Positions 25,262 through 36,651 of a stretch of 64,000 nucleotides of DNA are shown here, in pieces. Under the pieces are notes generated by a model that did no database searches, had not been told where the DNA came from, and saw nothing but the letters and a program-made list of their open reading frames with translations. The stretch is from assembly GCA_013115145.1 (NCBI GenBank), contig JAAPAO010000037.1, positions 50,009 to 114,008 of the forward strand, read 5' to 3'. The position numbers and the translations under genes are program-made. Position 1 is the stretch's first letter, and the number at the start of each line of letters is the position of its first letter. This stretch comes from Perkinsus chesapeaki ATCC PRA-425 (taxonomy: Eukaryota > Protista > Perkinsozoa).

Positions 25262-28040
25262 ATGCCGCTGCCATCGCTAGGTCGGCGGATAGGTGTTCTC
25301 CAGCACCATCGGAGGCGAGTATCCTGTATTGGCCCCACCCAGCAGCATGGCTACCTAGCTGCTGCCATCAATTATCAAGGCACCTTCTTTCGCAGCTCTC
25401 AGGGCACACTGACCATGGGAAGGCGTGCTTGCAGTACCGTCACGGCAAACACGACATCCAAGCAAGAGCCCAGCAAAACGTCGTCTGATATGGAGGACAT
25501 TGCTGAGTTCCTAGCACTGGCTCGGGATGACCTAAACCTAGTAACTCACATGCCCCTCTTTTCCTTGAAGCACTTGAAATAGGTTGCCAAGGACTTGGCA
25601 GAGTCTAACACTATTGATAAGAAAACCCTACAGTGGATGCAAAAAGTAGCATTCAATGCTGGAGCCACTAGATCGTCTAGATTTGCTTTGATCAGTACCG
25701 AGTGAGCCACTTGTCGGACACGCCTGAAAAAGCCAATCAAGTCCTAAAATGGACGTTCATATGCTCAGCTGTGATATTCGGTCAACTAAGTGAGCTCCAA
25801 CTCATTATAACTAGCAGATACCCTTCATCGGCTTCGGAATCCTAGACAACTCTCTTATGCTTATTTTCGGTGAACAGATAGACAACTCCCTTTGCGTAGT
25901 CATGGGGTTCAGGCAAGCCCGATGACGTGAGGACCTACCTAGCAGTATTGTTTCCCTCTCAGTACTCTGGCAGCAGCAGCCCTTGGGAATGCCTTCTCGG
26001 ATTTAGCTGGTGTATTTGCTGGCTCGCACATAGAGCACCACGCTGAGCTGTACAGGGATCTTATCCTATTCCTTTCTGATTGCTCTCCTGCTGTTAGTCG
26101 TGGTATTAAGGTTCCTCAAGTGTCATTACAGACACAGCGTAGCCCAAGATTTAAAGTAGTCTTGCTGCAGCCCTTTTACTAGAAGTGTGTGTCTCCCAGA
26201 TGGCCAAGAGCTTCGGTCAGGCCGCAGGCTTATTCTTCGGCTGCCTGCTGGGCATGGCTCCCCTCCTGTGGCTTGATCCCCTCAAGGCTGAGCGCACTCG
26301 TTTGCAAAGTAGCTGATGCCGTTCATCATGGGTAGATATTGGTTGGTCTAGACAAACGTCGGGAGATCTTCGAAGAGACCATCGATGAGCTTTGTAAGAT
26401 CCTGGACGCCAAAAGTGGTGTGCTCATGCTTGTCGACAAAGAAAAGAATGAACTATTCAGCGAAACGGGCGGCTCTAAGGGAGTATTCAGGTCACGCAGT
26501 TCTCCATGTGCTTGGCAATTCAACTTGTGATCGGTAGATCTCCTATCGATCAAGATAATGCCGGTATCATGGGTTATGTTGCCGCCACTGGGCAGATGGT
26601 GAATATTGAAGATGTCTCTAAGACCGATTTCTACAACAAACGGAGGTATCCTTTCCCTTGCCTCGCTTAACTCTCTTTATTAAGCTAGACATGACGACTA
26701 CCACGGCCATGGCTTTGAGGCTGGCTCCATCATATGCATGCCTATCTTCGATTCGCTTCGAAACGTTGTTGGTAGGGTTGCTTCGGTCCCTCAGCTAATT
26801 GAATGCTGTAAGGCCAGGTGTGGTTGAACTTGCCAAGTCGCGGCATTCGGGGAGGACCTTCAGCGAGAAAGATGAAGATCTACTAGCTGCGATGTCATCT
26901 CATATAGCAACATATCTCCATGGCACTGATGGCCCTCAAGGCTTCAAAGCCGTAGGATGGACCACTGTGGAGGATAGGCACTTCTACTTGTAGGTGTTAC
27001 ATGCCTGCTCATCTAACATGTTGGTGAAGTCATCCAGGATACTTTTGTCACAGCAACAAAGAGAGGAAAGACTCTTTGCGGATGTCATGCACGAAGTTAA
27101 GAGGATAATGAAGGCTGGTCAGTAATGGGAAGATACTTGGTCTCGGAGCGCTTCTTCAGAGGCGGCAATGTTGATGCTCATGGATGACTCTTCGCCTGAC
27201 CAGCCACCCGTCTTGTATACCAAGTATTGTGAGGGCATCGACTTCAGCGAGACAACGCCCGTTGGTATGGTAGCACAGTTTCAGAGCCACTGTTACTTAT
27301 AACGCCACTAGGTGTTGGAATCATGGGGCATGTAGCCCAGACAGGTAAACCGTTCATCATTGACGATGTTACTGAGGCCGGTGATCTGTACGATCCTGAG
27401 CGACATGAGAACTACAAGGGCACTGGCAAGTCTGTTCGCTCCGTTATGTGCGTAAGTCGATATTGTACAGTTAGCGTAGATGTCCGATGCTCATGCTTTC
27501 AGGTCCCAATATTTGATACTAGACGAAGAGTTATAGGAGTTATTGAGGTTATCAACAAGAAGTCGCCGCGAGGCGAGGCTGACTTTTTCACAGGTGAGAG
27601 AGGCCACTTCACAGTCGCTGAATTATTCAGCCTATTTCAGAACGCGATAAGGATATTCTTGGTAACATTGCAAATCATGTAGCCTTAAATTTGGAGGGAA
27701 CTGGATCCAGTTTGAGGAAGGCATGCTGGCTCATGTGACTTTCTCTCCTCACCGCACGCAATAGGTTCTCCGAATGGTGCGAGAGCAGAGTAACACCACA
27801 GCGCAGATAGTTCGATCACCTTCATCTTTGCGACCGATAAATCTAAGCGATGAAGCTCATGCAGTCACAACGACTACCGTCCACCATGGAAACGTAAGCG
27901 CTGACAGGAAAGAGTCTGATGTGGTGGGTTGGTGTACGCTGCTGCCTAGGAGGCATCTATCGTCTGTAGGCGGGATCAAGAGCGGACATTCAGCAGGGCA
28001 AAGGTGTTTAGTAATTTTGCCGAAGACTGACAATATTTGA
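25262..28040 (+). CDS. TMEM65-domain membrane protein fused to two C-terminal GAF domains, predicted mitochondrial
   Basis: Arg/Ser/Thr-rich, acid-free N-terminus (…TMGRRACST). TMEM65 domain NQVLKWTFICSAIPFIGFGILDNSLMLIFGEQIDNSLCVVMGFSTLAAAALGNAFSDLAG...KSFGQAAGLFFGCLLGMAPLLW. GAF1: ELCKILDAKSGVLMLVD...GIMGYVAATGQMVNIEDV...ICMPIFD...FSEKDEDLL. GAF2: GIMGHVAQTGKPFIIDDV...SVMCVPIFD...VIGVIEVINK. 3' end approximate. Confidence 0.85.
25913..25962 (+). other. Non-canonical GC-AG intron (50 nt)
   Basis: Removing GCAAG...CTCAG joins TTC AG|T ACT CTG to give the conserved TMEM65 G-x-S-T-x-AAAALGN motif. Confidence 0.7.
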
Positions 28041-28213
28041 CACCCACTCGAGAGTCATATTTGTGACTTCATGGTAGATATAACTTTTTATAATGTGATT
28101 GTTTTCGTATTTCTGCAAGCTCTTTGATTTGTCAATTATGGTACTGTGGATGATCACATGGCACGCTTTCAGCCATTATTTCCTATAAACCATTCGCAGT
28201 CTCTACCGAAAGC

Positions 28214-29071
28214 ATGCCTGCCTTACCGCAGCTCCCGGAGTAAAGTCCTCGTTCCTTTGCCGAGAGATGTTATGGTTTGGTACTTAGGGAGTCACCTCTA
28301 GTAGTGGCAGACTTGTACAGAGGGTATGAGGCTACATCTCCAATAGCGCCCGTTGTCACTTTGTTCTCTCGGTTGAAGAGCCCCAGAAAAGAATACGCCA
28401 AAGTAGGATGAGCTTCGCCATTTCGGGTAGACAAGCCAGAGAACAGGTTCTCATTTCACGAGTCAGACAATCGAACATGTACATTACCTACTGTGTGATC
28501 TTGATGCTGCTCTCTCTCATTACAATGGCATGCCTCACAAGGTGTATCCAATCACTGCAGACAGCAGCTCACATCATTCAGTCGATTTCAGACTGGAGTC
28601 CCCGTTCGTTCGAGAATCCAAAACGGAAATGTTTGGGCTCGGGTTTGTGGAAGTAAGCTGTGCTACCCAACCTCTGTCGCTTTCGATATGCTGTCTCAGT
28701 TACTTCTCACCAGCGCTATCGTTGGAGAGTGTGCAATAGACCTCTGGGCCCAAGGAGGTTGGATGTATTTTTTTAGTTTGTGGCATGTATTCGACTTTTG
28801 CTTGGCGGTGACTTCTGTTGCTTGTCTTGCTGCCGAGGCTGTTGTGGTACGCTCACTTCCTGAAAGGCCCGCAGCGATGCTGATTATGCTAAGGTAATGC
28901 CGAGTAACGTACTTTGTCCATCTTATTGTCCCTCTTATTAGATATGGAATGATGGTGGCTAGAGTAGTCAAGTTTGCCCATGACGCTTGCTCTGCGCAGA
29001 CCCGCGTTCGGGTGGCCCGAGATGCAGTGATTGATTTTTCTAAGTTGCCATCAGATGATGACAGTGCATGA
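28214..29071 (+). CDS. Stand-alone voltage-sensor-like (S1-S4) membrane protein without a pore domain
   Basis: S1 YITYCVILMLLSLITMACL; S2 LLLTSAIVGECAIDL; S3 WHVFDFCLAVTSVACL (W-x-x-FD); S4 MLIMLRYGMMVARVVKF; stop soon after (DDDSA*). Start approximate. Confidence 0.65.
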
Positions 29072-29161
29072 AGGCTTATGCCATTGTAGCTCTCCATGCT
29101 ATGAATGATGTGAAATGACCTTGTTGAGTTCGTTAGTAGATCCACGACGTAAGAATCAAAG

Positions 29162-31877
29162 ATGTTGCCATGGGTTCTCGCTTTCCTGTTGGCTCTGAGC
29201 GCTCGGAACATTTTTAGCAGCCAGTGTGATGGAGGCGATTGGATAAACTTCATGGAAGCTATCGAAGTCATTAGCTCACCAGGCCCTGGTAGCCTGAACA
29301 ACTTCTGTATCATGCTCCAAAATAATCGGTTGTCAGTGCCTGTAGGACAGTGGCTGACTGGTGCATTACTGGCAGCCGAGCCTCTTCTTAAAAGGCTTCT
29401 CAATGAGGTAGAGCCAATTTCTGATACACCCTGTTGGATATGTTGACGGTATAGGTTTACCTCAACAACCGGCCAGAAGGAGACCAGCCACTCATAACAG
29501 AATGCCCAAAAGGCTTCGGCAAGTTGTTCCTCCTCCAAAAGTACGGAGCTTCCAAGAGACATCCACCGCATCATATTTCCAGTATAGCGGAACAACTCAC
29601 GAGTCCTGATACAGTTCAACACACCCGAGGCATGGAAATTCTATCAGGCGAGCTCAGAGAAGCCTTTGGATTCAGTGCCGAGTTTGCAAAGGTAATTTCT
29701 CCGATTGTTCTTGTGACCGCGCGTTTCACCTTTCTAAGGTACATCTCTCAGAGACACTCCTCCGTCAGGCGTGGGAACTCCGCCGCGAGCCATTCCGGGA
29801 GCTCATCAACTTGCATTTGCAGCATCGTAACTCGCTTCCAGGCAACTTCAATCTCCTGAGCCGCGTATGCCCATTGTTCATGTTGAATCCACCGCCAGCG
29901 ACGCTTCTGTCGTCTCTAGAGCCCCTGGGTCTACCACTACATGAGTCTTCTACTTGCGAATTTGTGATTGGTCCACTAGACACGTGGCGGCTGCTTCCAG
30001 GTGATGTAAATCTCATGAAAGCACGGTTGAGCGAAGCGGTACACTTGCTGCAGGCCCGGCCTGACGTCATTGGAGTTTCTATGCGCTCCAAGTTGCTTGA
30101 CGAATATACTAACAGTGAACTACTAGCAGCACTGTTCGACCCAGATCCTCTTGACCAAATCCCATATGACTATCTACTATTGCAGCTTGGCCTGGCTTTG
30201 CGTGGTATTCCAGAAATACTGGCTGGCATACGAGATGGCGTGGTTGAGATTCCAGGCGTTCGCGATAAACGACAGCTTGTTCCATGCGGTTTTGACCTAG
30301 CATGTTCATCCGCTTTTCTTGGTAACTTCACTGGAGATTGGAGCACGGACGTTTGGCTCAGGCGTCTCGGCCAACCTGAAGAGTCATCTCCGTTGCTGGC
30401 AATAAGCCGTGGTATCTTCCGACACACTAATCTCGAATCGGTTGTGGACATTGTCCCACCGTACGAATTTGACATAAGACTGCCGGAAAAACTGGATGTC
30501 TTCATTGCCCCTGTTGACGTAGTCGTACCCTGCCGAGAGATGTTCGGCTGGTTGCTGGTCGATATGGTACAATCTCTGTCTTTGGCCCTCACTAGCTTTC
30601 GCCATGACCAACTACATCTCGTCCTTCCCGAGTTGATACATGTTTTTCATGACAGTCGATGGACAACTGATAAACCGCTGGACGATTGGCCACTCATCGA
30701 TGCTGTTCAAGAAGCATGTCGTATGACTGGTACCGAAGAACGAATACCTTTTGATGAGGTATTTGATGTGGATTACTTCACTCAGTCCACTGGAGTGCCA
30801 GTCGTGTCCTGGAATGTGTGGGGAGAAGAGTCCTTAGACTGGCTGATAATGCTCCGGGACCTACCCTTGCCTGGAGGGTATACTGAAGGGGTCGTTGAAA
30901 CAACTGGTCCTCACATACCTTGCCGAAATGCTACAGGAGTTAATCGGATAGCGATTCTATTCGGAAAGCCTGTCTTGGTGAAAAATACGTTATGTGTGGC
31001 ATCCACGACAAATGCCTCGTGGAATCCCTATGGATATCGCTCCGGGCTCGAGAGCATCCTCTCAAGCCACGATGGTAGGACTGTTAATATCGGTTTTTAT
31101 TTCTACTTCTGGTTGGGAGGAGAGCGAAGTCGCATGACTATGTCTAGTGCGAGGGTCTCCACCAGTATGGTCATGCCCAGTTTGTGGAGGAGCATACGAT
31201 TTAGTAGTGCAGTCTCGAGCACTGTTCGAAATGCCGTTTCCCGCAGGTCCAGCATTACAGCAGCTAGCTGCGTCCATCTATCCGGGTACTGAGTACGTGG
31301 CCGTACATTGGCGATGGAGGAACTCCTCAAAACTGTTGAGGTGGCCGAAAACTTCACAACGACTTATTCCTACTTGGACAAGCCCAGAAAAGGAAAGGTG
31401 AGTTCGTATACTTACTGATTCCCTACTGTGAGTTTTCTCAGGCAGTTCCACCTCGCCCAGCCTCAGTCTTTCGCTCGTTTGGTTTTCAATGCATTGCCTT
31501 CCTCTGTCCGTTGTTATCACAAGTTTTTTCTGATGACCAACATCCAGGAGAACTCATCACACGCTGTAGAATTCGAGGACGAGTTGCGTGCTATCCGGAA
31601 GGAACAGTGTCCATCTTCAAGCCCGAAGTTGCAAGTGACTGTGGGTAATGGTCTGGCTGCAAGACCCTTGCCAGGACTTCGTCACGCTGGACCACTTGTT
31701 CTCGAGATGGCGATTGCGGCCAGGGCCCAGCACTTTGTCGGGTTTGCGGACGGATGGATAGCGGGAACAGCTAGTGTCTTGACTCTTATCGTCACGCAGC
31801 TGCGCATTCATCACTACGATGGAGACTTTGATTCAACGACTTTCGCATTTGATGGCGGTAATGAGTATCTCACATGA
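29162..31877 (+). CDS. GDP-fucose protein O-fucosyltransferase-family (O-FucT, GT-B) glycosyltransferase with a long N-terminal region
   Basis: Signal-like MLPWVLAFLLALSA; C-terminal O-FucT motifs YVAVHWR, KFFLMTN, EMAIAARAQHFVGF, SVLTLIVTQLR; introns spliced in consistent phase. Confidence 0.65.
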
Positions 31878-32134
31878 AAATCACATCAAAACATTTTCTT
31901 ATGCACGACCTTCTCGAGTTTCAAGCCCCTCAAGCTCAAACCAAAGTTCGTTACTATCGATTAACATTTCGATATGAGATTTCTTTGAGCAACATATGAC
32001 GGTTTGCTACTTTTCGGGGAGAGAAGGGAACGGTAGACTCTACTTTAAGGCTGCTAAGAGAGGGGCTACCAGTGTATATCAGAAGATTTCTTGCTGGAGA
32101 GCTCGATAAAAGCTGAAAGCCTTCGTTTAAGAAC

Positions 32135-32351
32135 GCGAGCTTTGAAGCCGCTGTCAAACTTCTTAAGGTGACCAACTATCTTATTCCACCTGCTTTTATG
32201 TCCTCAGTATCGAAACCTATGCTGCATGCCCTATGTCTGTGTCTATGAGGATTTCTGTGCCACCCAGAACAACTGCGCACATTGTAAAGCCACTATAGTC
32301 CTTCGACCCAAATTATGCTACTATGACCATCCAGTCATCGAATCGCCTTAG
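32135..32351 (+). CDS. 3' exons of a possible small Cys-rich protein
   Basis: GT-AG intron joins ...AAVKLLK to YRNLCCMPYVCVYEDFCATQNNCAHCKATIVLRPKLCYYDHPVIESP*; 5' end not resolved. Confidence 0.25.
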
Positions 32352-32781
32352 CATTTCTTTAAAGCAGCATAAATAGCTATCTCTTCGGGAGAGGGGGGCA
32401 GAGGGCAGCAGTGCCGCGCAGCAGTATAAAACAGTTGTTGGATTCACAGTCGCGAGCCGGGTGTGTCGAAACGCAACTAGATAATGAGAGATTTAAAAGC
32501 TGGATTATAACTCCAAAACCTATAATAGTATACAACCTGCAGTGCCGCGAGTTAAGGTTTATAGTATGAACTTTATACATGACGATTTTAAGAGGCCTTT
32601 CGCACTTTGCGTTCCTTTGGAAGAAGGTTCACGCGGAAAGTGTGCGCGGCACTGGGCGCGCTGTGTGCATTGCATCGTACTTGCGCCCTCCCCACGTTAT
32701 ACCAGCTTACTCTATGCACAACACACGCAGTAATAAATATGCACCTTTATCAAAAGTAACACGCAATTGAAACTGAACAGA

Positions 32782-35700
32782 TCACATTGGGTGGGCTGGA
32801 GGTAACCCGCTGGTCTTGGCATGAAGGAAAGGACTTCCTCGCTCGTCGCACTCGACAATCGGAGTGGTGGCAATGCCGCTTGCATTTGTGGCGGGCAGCT
32901 TGTCAAACTTATAGTCTTGCAAGTTGGGTTGAGCACTCCATATCTTTGATAGCTGTCGCTTGGACCACCGCGTGTCCACATTCTGAAGAACCTCCAACTC
33001 ACAGTAATCAATCTGACTGATCCATACCTGAGTGGCCTTCTCCGCGGGTCGGAAGTAGTCTTCAGGAACAGGTTCGAGATATAGCTCACCGACGTCCATA
33101 CCTTGAAAGCTCATTGCGCGCGCCAAGATGCTTCAGGTTCTACCTTCAAACCATGGGTGCTGCATAACCTCTTCAACAGAAGGGCGGAGCTCTGGGTTTG
33201 GATTCAGTAGTTTCTTGATCAAATCCTGGGACGACGCAGATAAATCGAAGTAAGATGAATGATCAGTTCACCTGCGCCTCGGGGCTGAGTCCTGACAGCC
33301 TCTCATCATTGGCTGCATCAGCTCCACCAAAGTGTACAATTCTGAGCAGAACTGCTGGTTTGATGAAATATTTGCACTTGGCTCTCACTTTTCCTCCATA
33401 TCCTTCTCGGCCGTCGCATCAGCCCATTGTGGAGGTCTTCCCGTCAAGAGTTGGTACATAACAACGCCATAAGCCCACATGTCGGATGCTACACTGGGAT
33501 ATTGTCCACGAAGTAACTCAGGAGCCATATAAACCTAACGGGAAGTGTCGAAGCTATGGACGTGCTTGCCTACTTACAGTGGTTCCCTCCATCTTAGTTG
33601 GATCCAAATCTCCCTCATCGAAGTGATTATCATTATTGGCCCCAGGATCGGCGTTGGAACTGAAGAACAGACTACGTTCCATGACCGTCTGGAGAGCAGC
33701 TCACCCTTCATATTTCCAGTCACCGCTTCGGAGCTCTTGCACCGCGTGACGACTCTTCTCTACCTCTTCTTCGGCGCGAACAGTATAGGGTCTCGCTCCG
33801 CCGAAATCCGTCAGCTTGATATGCCTGGTCGAGGTGATGACTATATTCTCTGGCTTTAAATCAACGTAACTGAATGGCAGTAATTATACGACCAGTTTAG
33901 GGAGGCAACCTACACAAAGCCCTGCTGGTGCACGCTGTCAAGCGCCGCCAGCACTTCACCTAGTGCCCTCTTGGCCTCACTCTCTGGGAGGCCCGATGGG
34001 TGATCCTGTAGGTAGTCGAACCTGACGACAGGCGCTGGGGAAGGTATAGACAGAAGGCAGGCTACATGTCGCCATTAGCAGCATATTCGAGGACGAGGTA
34101 GCATTCTTTATGGTACATAAACGCCGATACCAACCGAGTGATGCCTGACTTCAAACTGGCCACCGACACGCTAACTGAATCTACCTGGATGAGGCATAAG
34201 GCGCAATATGGCTATCTCCCGGGATATGTTCTGACTGTATTTAGCTAGAATGTCGGGGTGTATTATCTGATCACAACGCCAATGACCGCAAAAGTTCATC
34301 TATTCAATGTCTACCTTAACGGCATACTCCGGCCACTCGGAACGAGGTTTGCCTTTCTGCGTCACCAAGTACAACATAACAGTTGAGAATGCCCCCTTCC
34401 TGAAAATGCACTATATAGGCGACGACGCCAGAGTCGAGACTCGCACCCTATTTCTTTGGCTCTAACCATCTGGTAGAACTTGAGGTTAGTCAGTATTGTC
34501 GGGCTTGGGGCTGTCAGGGCTTCCTCCCACACCTGACAGGAGTATGATAGGATGTGATTTACACTGTGTTTTGCATACCTTCTCTTTCTCTGGCCCCTTG
34601 TGGGGAGCACAGTTCTCACGGAAGTGATGGATGACAGTTAAAGGATCTGGGGGAACTGCATGCATGAGCCGGAAGAGTGCCAAAATGTTACCACTATTGT
34701 CTTCGAGAACATCGTCATTTTTAGGGGGTGCTCGGGCCTTGGGCTCTTCTGGTCCCCAAGGCGCCACTCCCGTGACGGTGACAGGAGGCTGTACACCTGT
34801 ACCGCGGATGCGACCAATCGAAGACATCTCAGCAAGACTCGGAGGTTTCGGTACTGCAGGAGGTACGGGAACTAGTGAAAACCAATCAGAAAAAAGAGGG
34901 ATCATAACGGCAAACCTCGTTTAGGGTGGAGCTTCGCCTCTATGCGCCGCCGCGTCTGAGCCTCCTCTTCGCTCTTGCGCTTTGCCGCACGAGCCTCGCT
35001 GACCGTGGATTCGGCCGCTTTCTCAAAGGCAGTCGAGTTCGCCTTCTCCAGCTCACCAAGCACATTTGCGATCATCTTGTTAACCTGAGAGTCAAATATG
35101 AATATTGTGGCGCGTGACGGGTATCAATACTGTTGGATTCCAATGCATGTGGCCTCCATTAAACAGTAGGGGGACCATCATGTACACCCAATCATCAGTG
35201 ATTGCAAGATCCTGGCTGAAGTGGTTATCCTTCCACAATGACAATACTGCTTCGGCCAGTTGGCTGTTCGGACTCTGATAAAGGGGTGAGATAGCTCTTG
35301 GAGCAGCTTGTGAGGTGGTTCCCACCTTTACACGATTCTCAACGACGGAGCGAAGCTTTTTGTCAACCTTTCGGAAGTTCTCCACACTAACTCCTTGGAG
35401 CAAGCGGGCAATCTCAGCGAGGATGAGAAGCTCCTTGGCACTGTTCCCCTGAAGCCAGAGAAGATTCCTACGCTACGAGCGGCTGGAAGGACGTACCCGT
35501 GCCGGTGGCGGCAATGCCGTGATGACCCCATCCATAATTTGCGGGAACAAATCAGGTCGCTGGTCCAAGTATAGCACAACACATTGTGTGAGCTCTCGGT
35601 GATACCTACGATGAAGCGTACGTCATTTTCTATCCTGAGGCCTACCCTTTGAGAAGAGGAGTCTGTCTGTCCCATGACGCGAACCCATTTGGCATGTGAA

Positions 35701-36548
35701 GGGGCAGTATGACGTTGTAAAGCAGGCCGAGGTGGGCCGAGTTCAACGGTGTTTTAAAACCGGCTATAATCTACAGAAAGAGCTTATAGGGCGAAGTCGA
35801 AGTTGACCTACCCTAGCTAAAAGCGACACTAATGGTTTGATATCTGCATTCTTCTGAGGACACTGAACAAAGGCGATGAGCTCCTCTCCGACACGTAGTC
35901 GCAACTCTGGTCGGAGACTGGGGCATCTGCAGTGACATGGAGCGAACGAATCGTTCAAGTAGGCTTATTACTTCTCATAGAAGCGGTGAAGTAGAGACTC
36001 GACGAACCAAGAATCACCTCCATGTGCCGGGACAGGATTGGCCTGCAAAAAGCGTGTGAATGTTGGCCAACCACCAACATGTAGTGTTCATCCTACCTTC
36101 TTGGTCTCCGAATCTATAGTCCCGACGAGCAAGGATTCTCTGAATTCAGTACTCTCTGCTCCGCTGCACCTCCTCACCAGTGCTATCAGGATTTCACTGT
36201 CCAAATAGGGGGCGAATGTATTATAATCGAATTCGGGAAGGTCTATGGTGGCCACCACTGCCGCCCTGCAGTTTTGGGTCGGCACGAGTTCTAGGTATCT
36301 TGAGGGCTCTGGCGACGAGAGCAAGAGCTGGATGAGATTCCGCAGACTTCTGAAGAAGAGAACAAGTTCGATCCCTGGCGAGGACAACTTTATACGCACT
36401 TGTAGAAGTCCCCGTCAAAAGGCTCATCTCTGATCTCTCCGGACATTACAAAAGCATAGAGGTCTTTGGCTGCGGCAGGAGAGGACATGCCGGCCTCCAC
36501 CAGGGAGGCTGCCCGACAGGTAGACTCGGTAGGTGATGTTGATGACAT
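32782..36548 (-). CDS. Ser/Thr protein kinase, PDK1/AGC-like, with a long N-terminal extension
   Basis: GEGAFSTV (Gly loop), EYAVK, YLVLEYAANGD, VHQQGFVYVDLKPEN, LTDFGG, EGTTVYMAPE, DMWAYGVVMYQLLTGRPP, QDLIKKLLNPNPELRP...HPWFEGMDVGELY. Start approximate; the N-terminal exons could be a separate gene. Confidence 0.85.
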
Positions 36549-36651
36549 TAAGAAAAGAAATAATACTAAAGCTGAATTGAGGACTACACTGAACACCAAA
36601 CACAGGGAATCAACAACAGCAGCAGCGGCAATGGAGCATGCATGGGGCACT

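Noticed and set aside
26340-27700. Calling the GAF pair a cyclic-nucleotide phosphodiesterase or adenylyl cyclase
   Set aside because: No HD-type PDE or cyclase motifs follow; the next downstream gene is the voltage-sensor protein.
28690-29000. Hv1 voltage-gated proton channel
   Set aside because: S4 lacks the RxWRxxR signature and no S1 selectivity Asp is evident.
31306-31400. Apparent 1-nt frameshift in O-FucT (HWR then MEELLK... in another frame)
   Set aside because: The unshifted frame HWRWRNSS...PEKER splices in the correct phase to the next exon, whereas the shifted frame reaches a stop.
32409-32654. Tc1/mariner MITE based on CAGTG termini
   Set aside because: No TA target-site duplication and no second copy in the window; kept only as a low-interest motif cluster.
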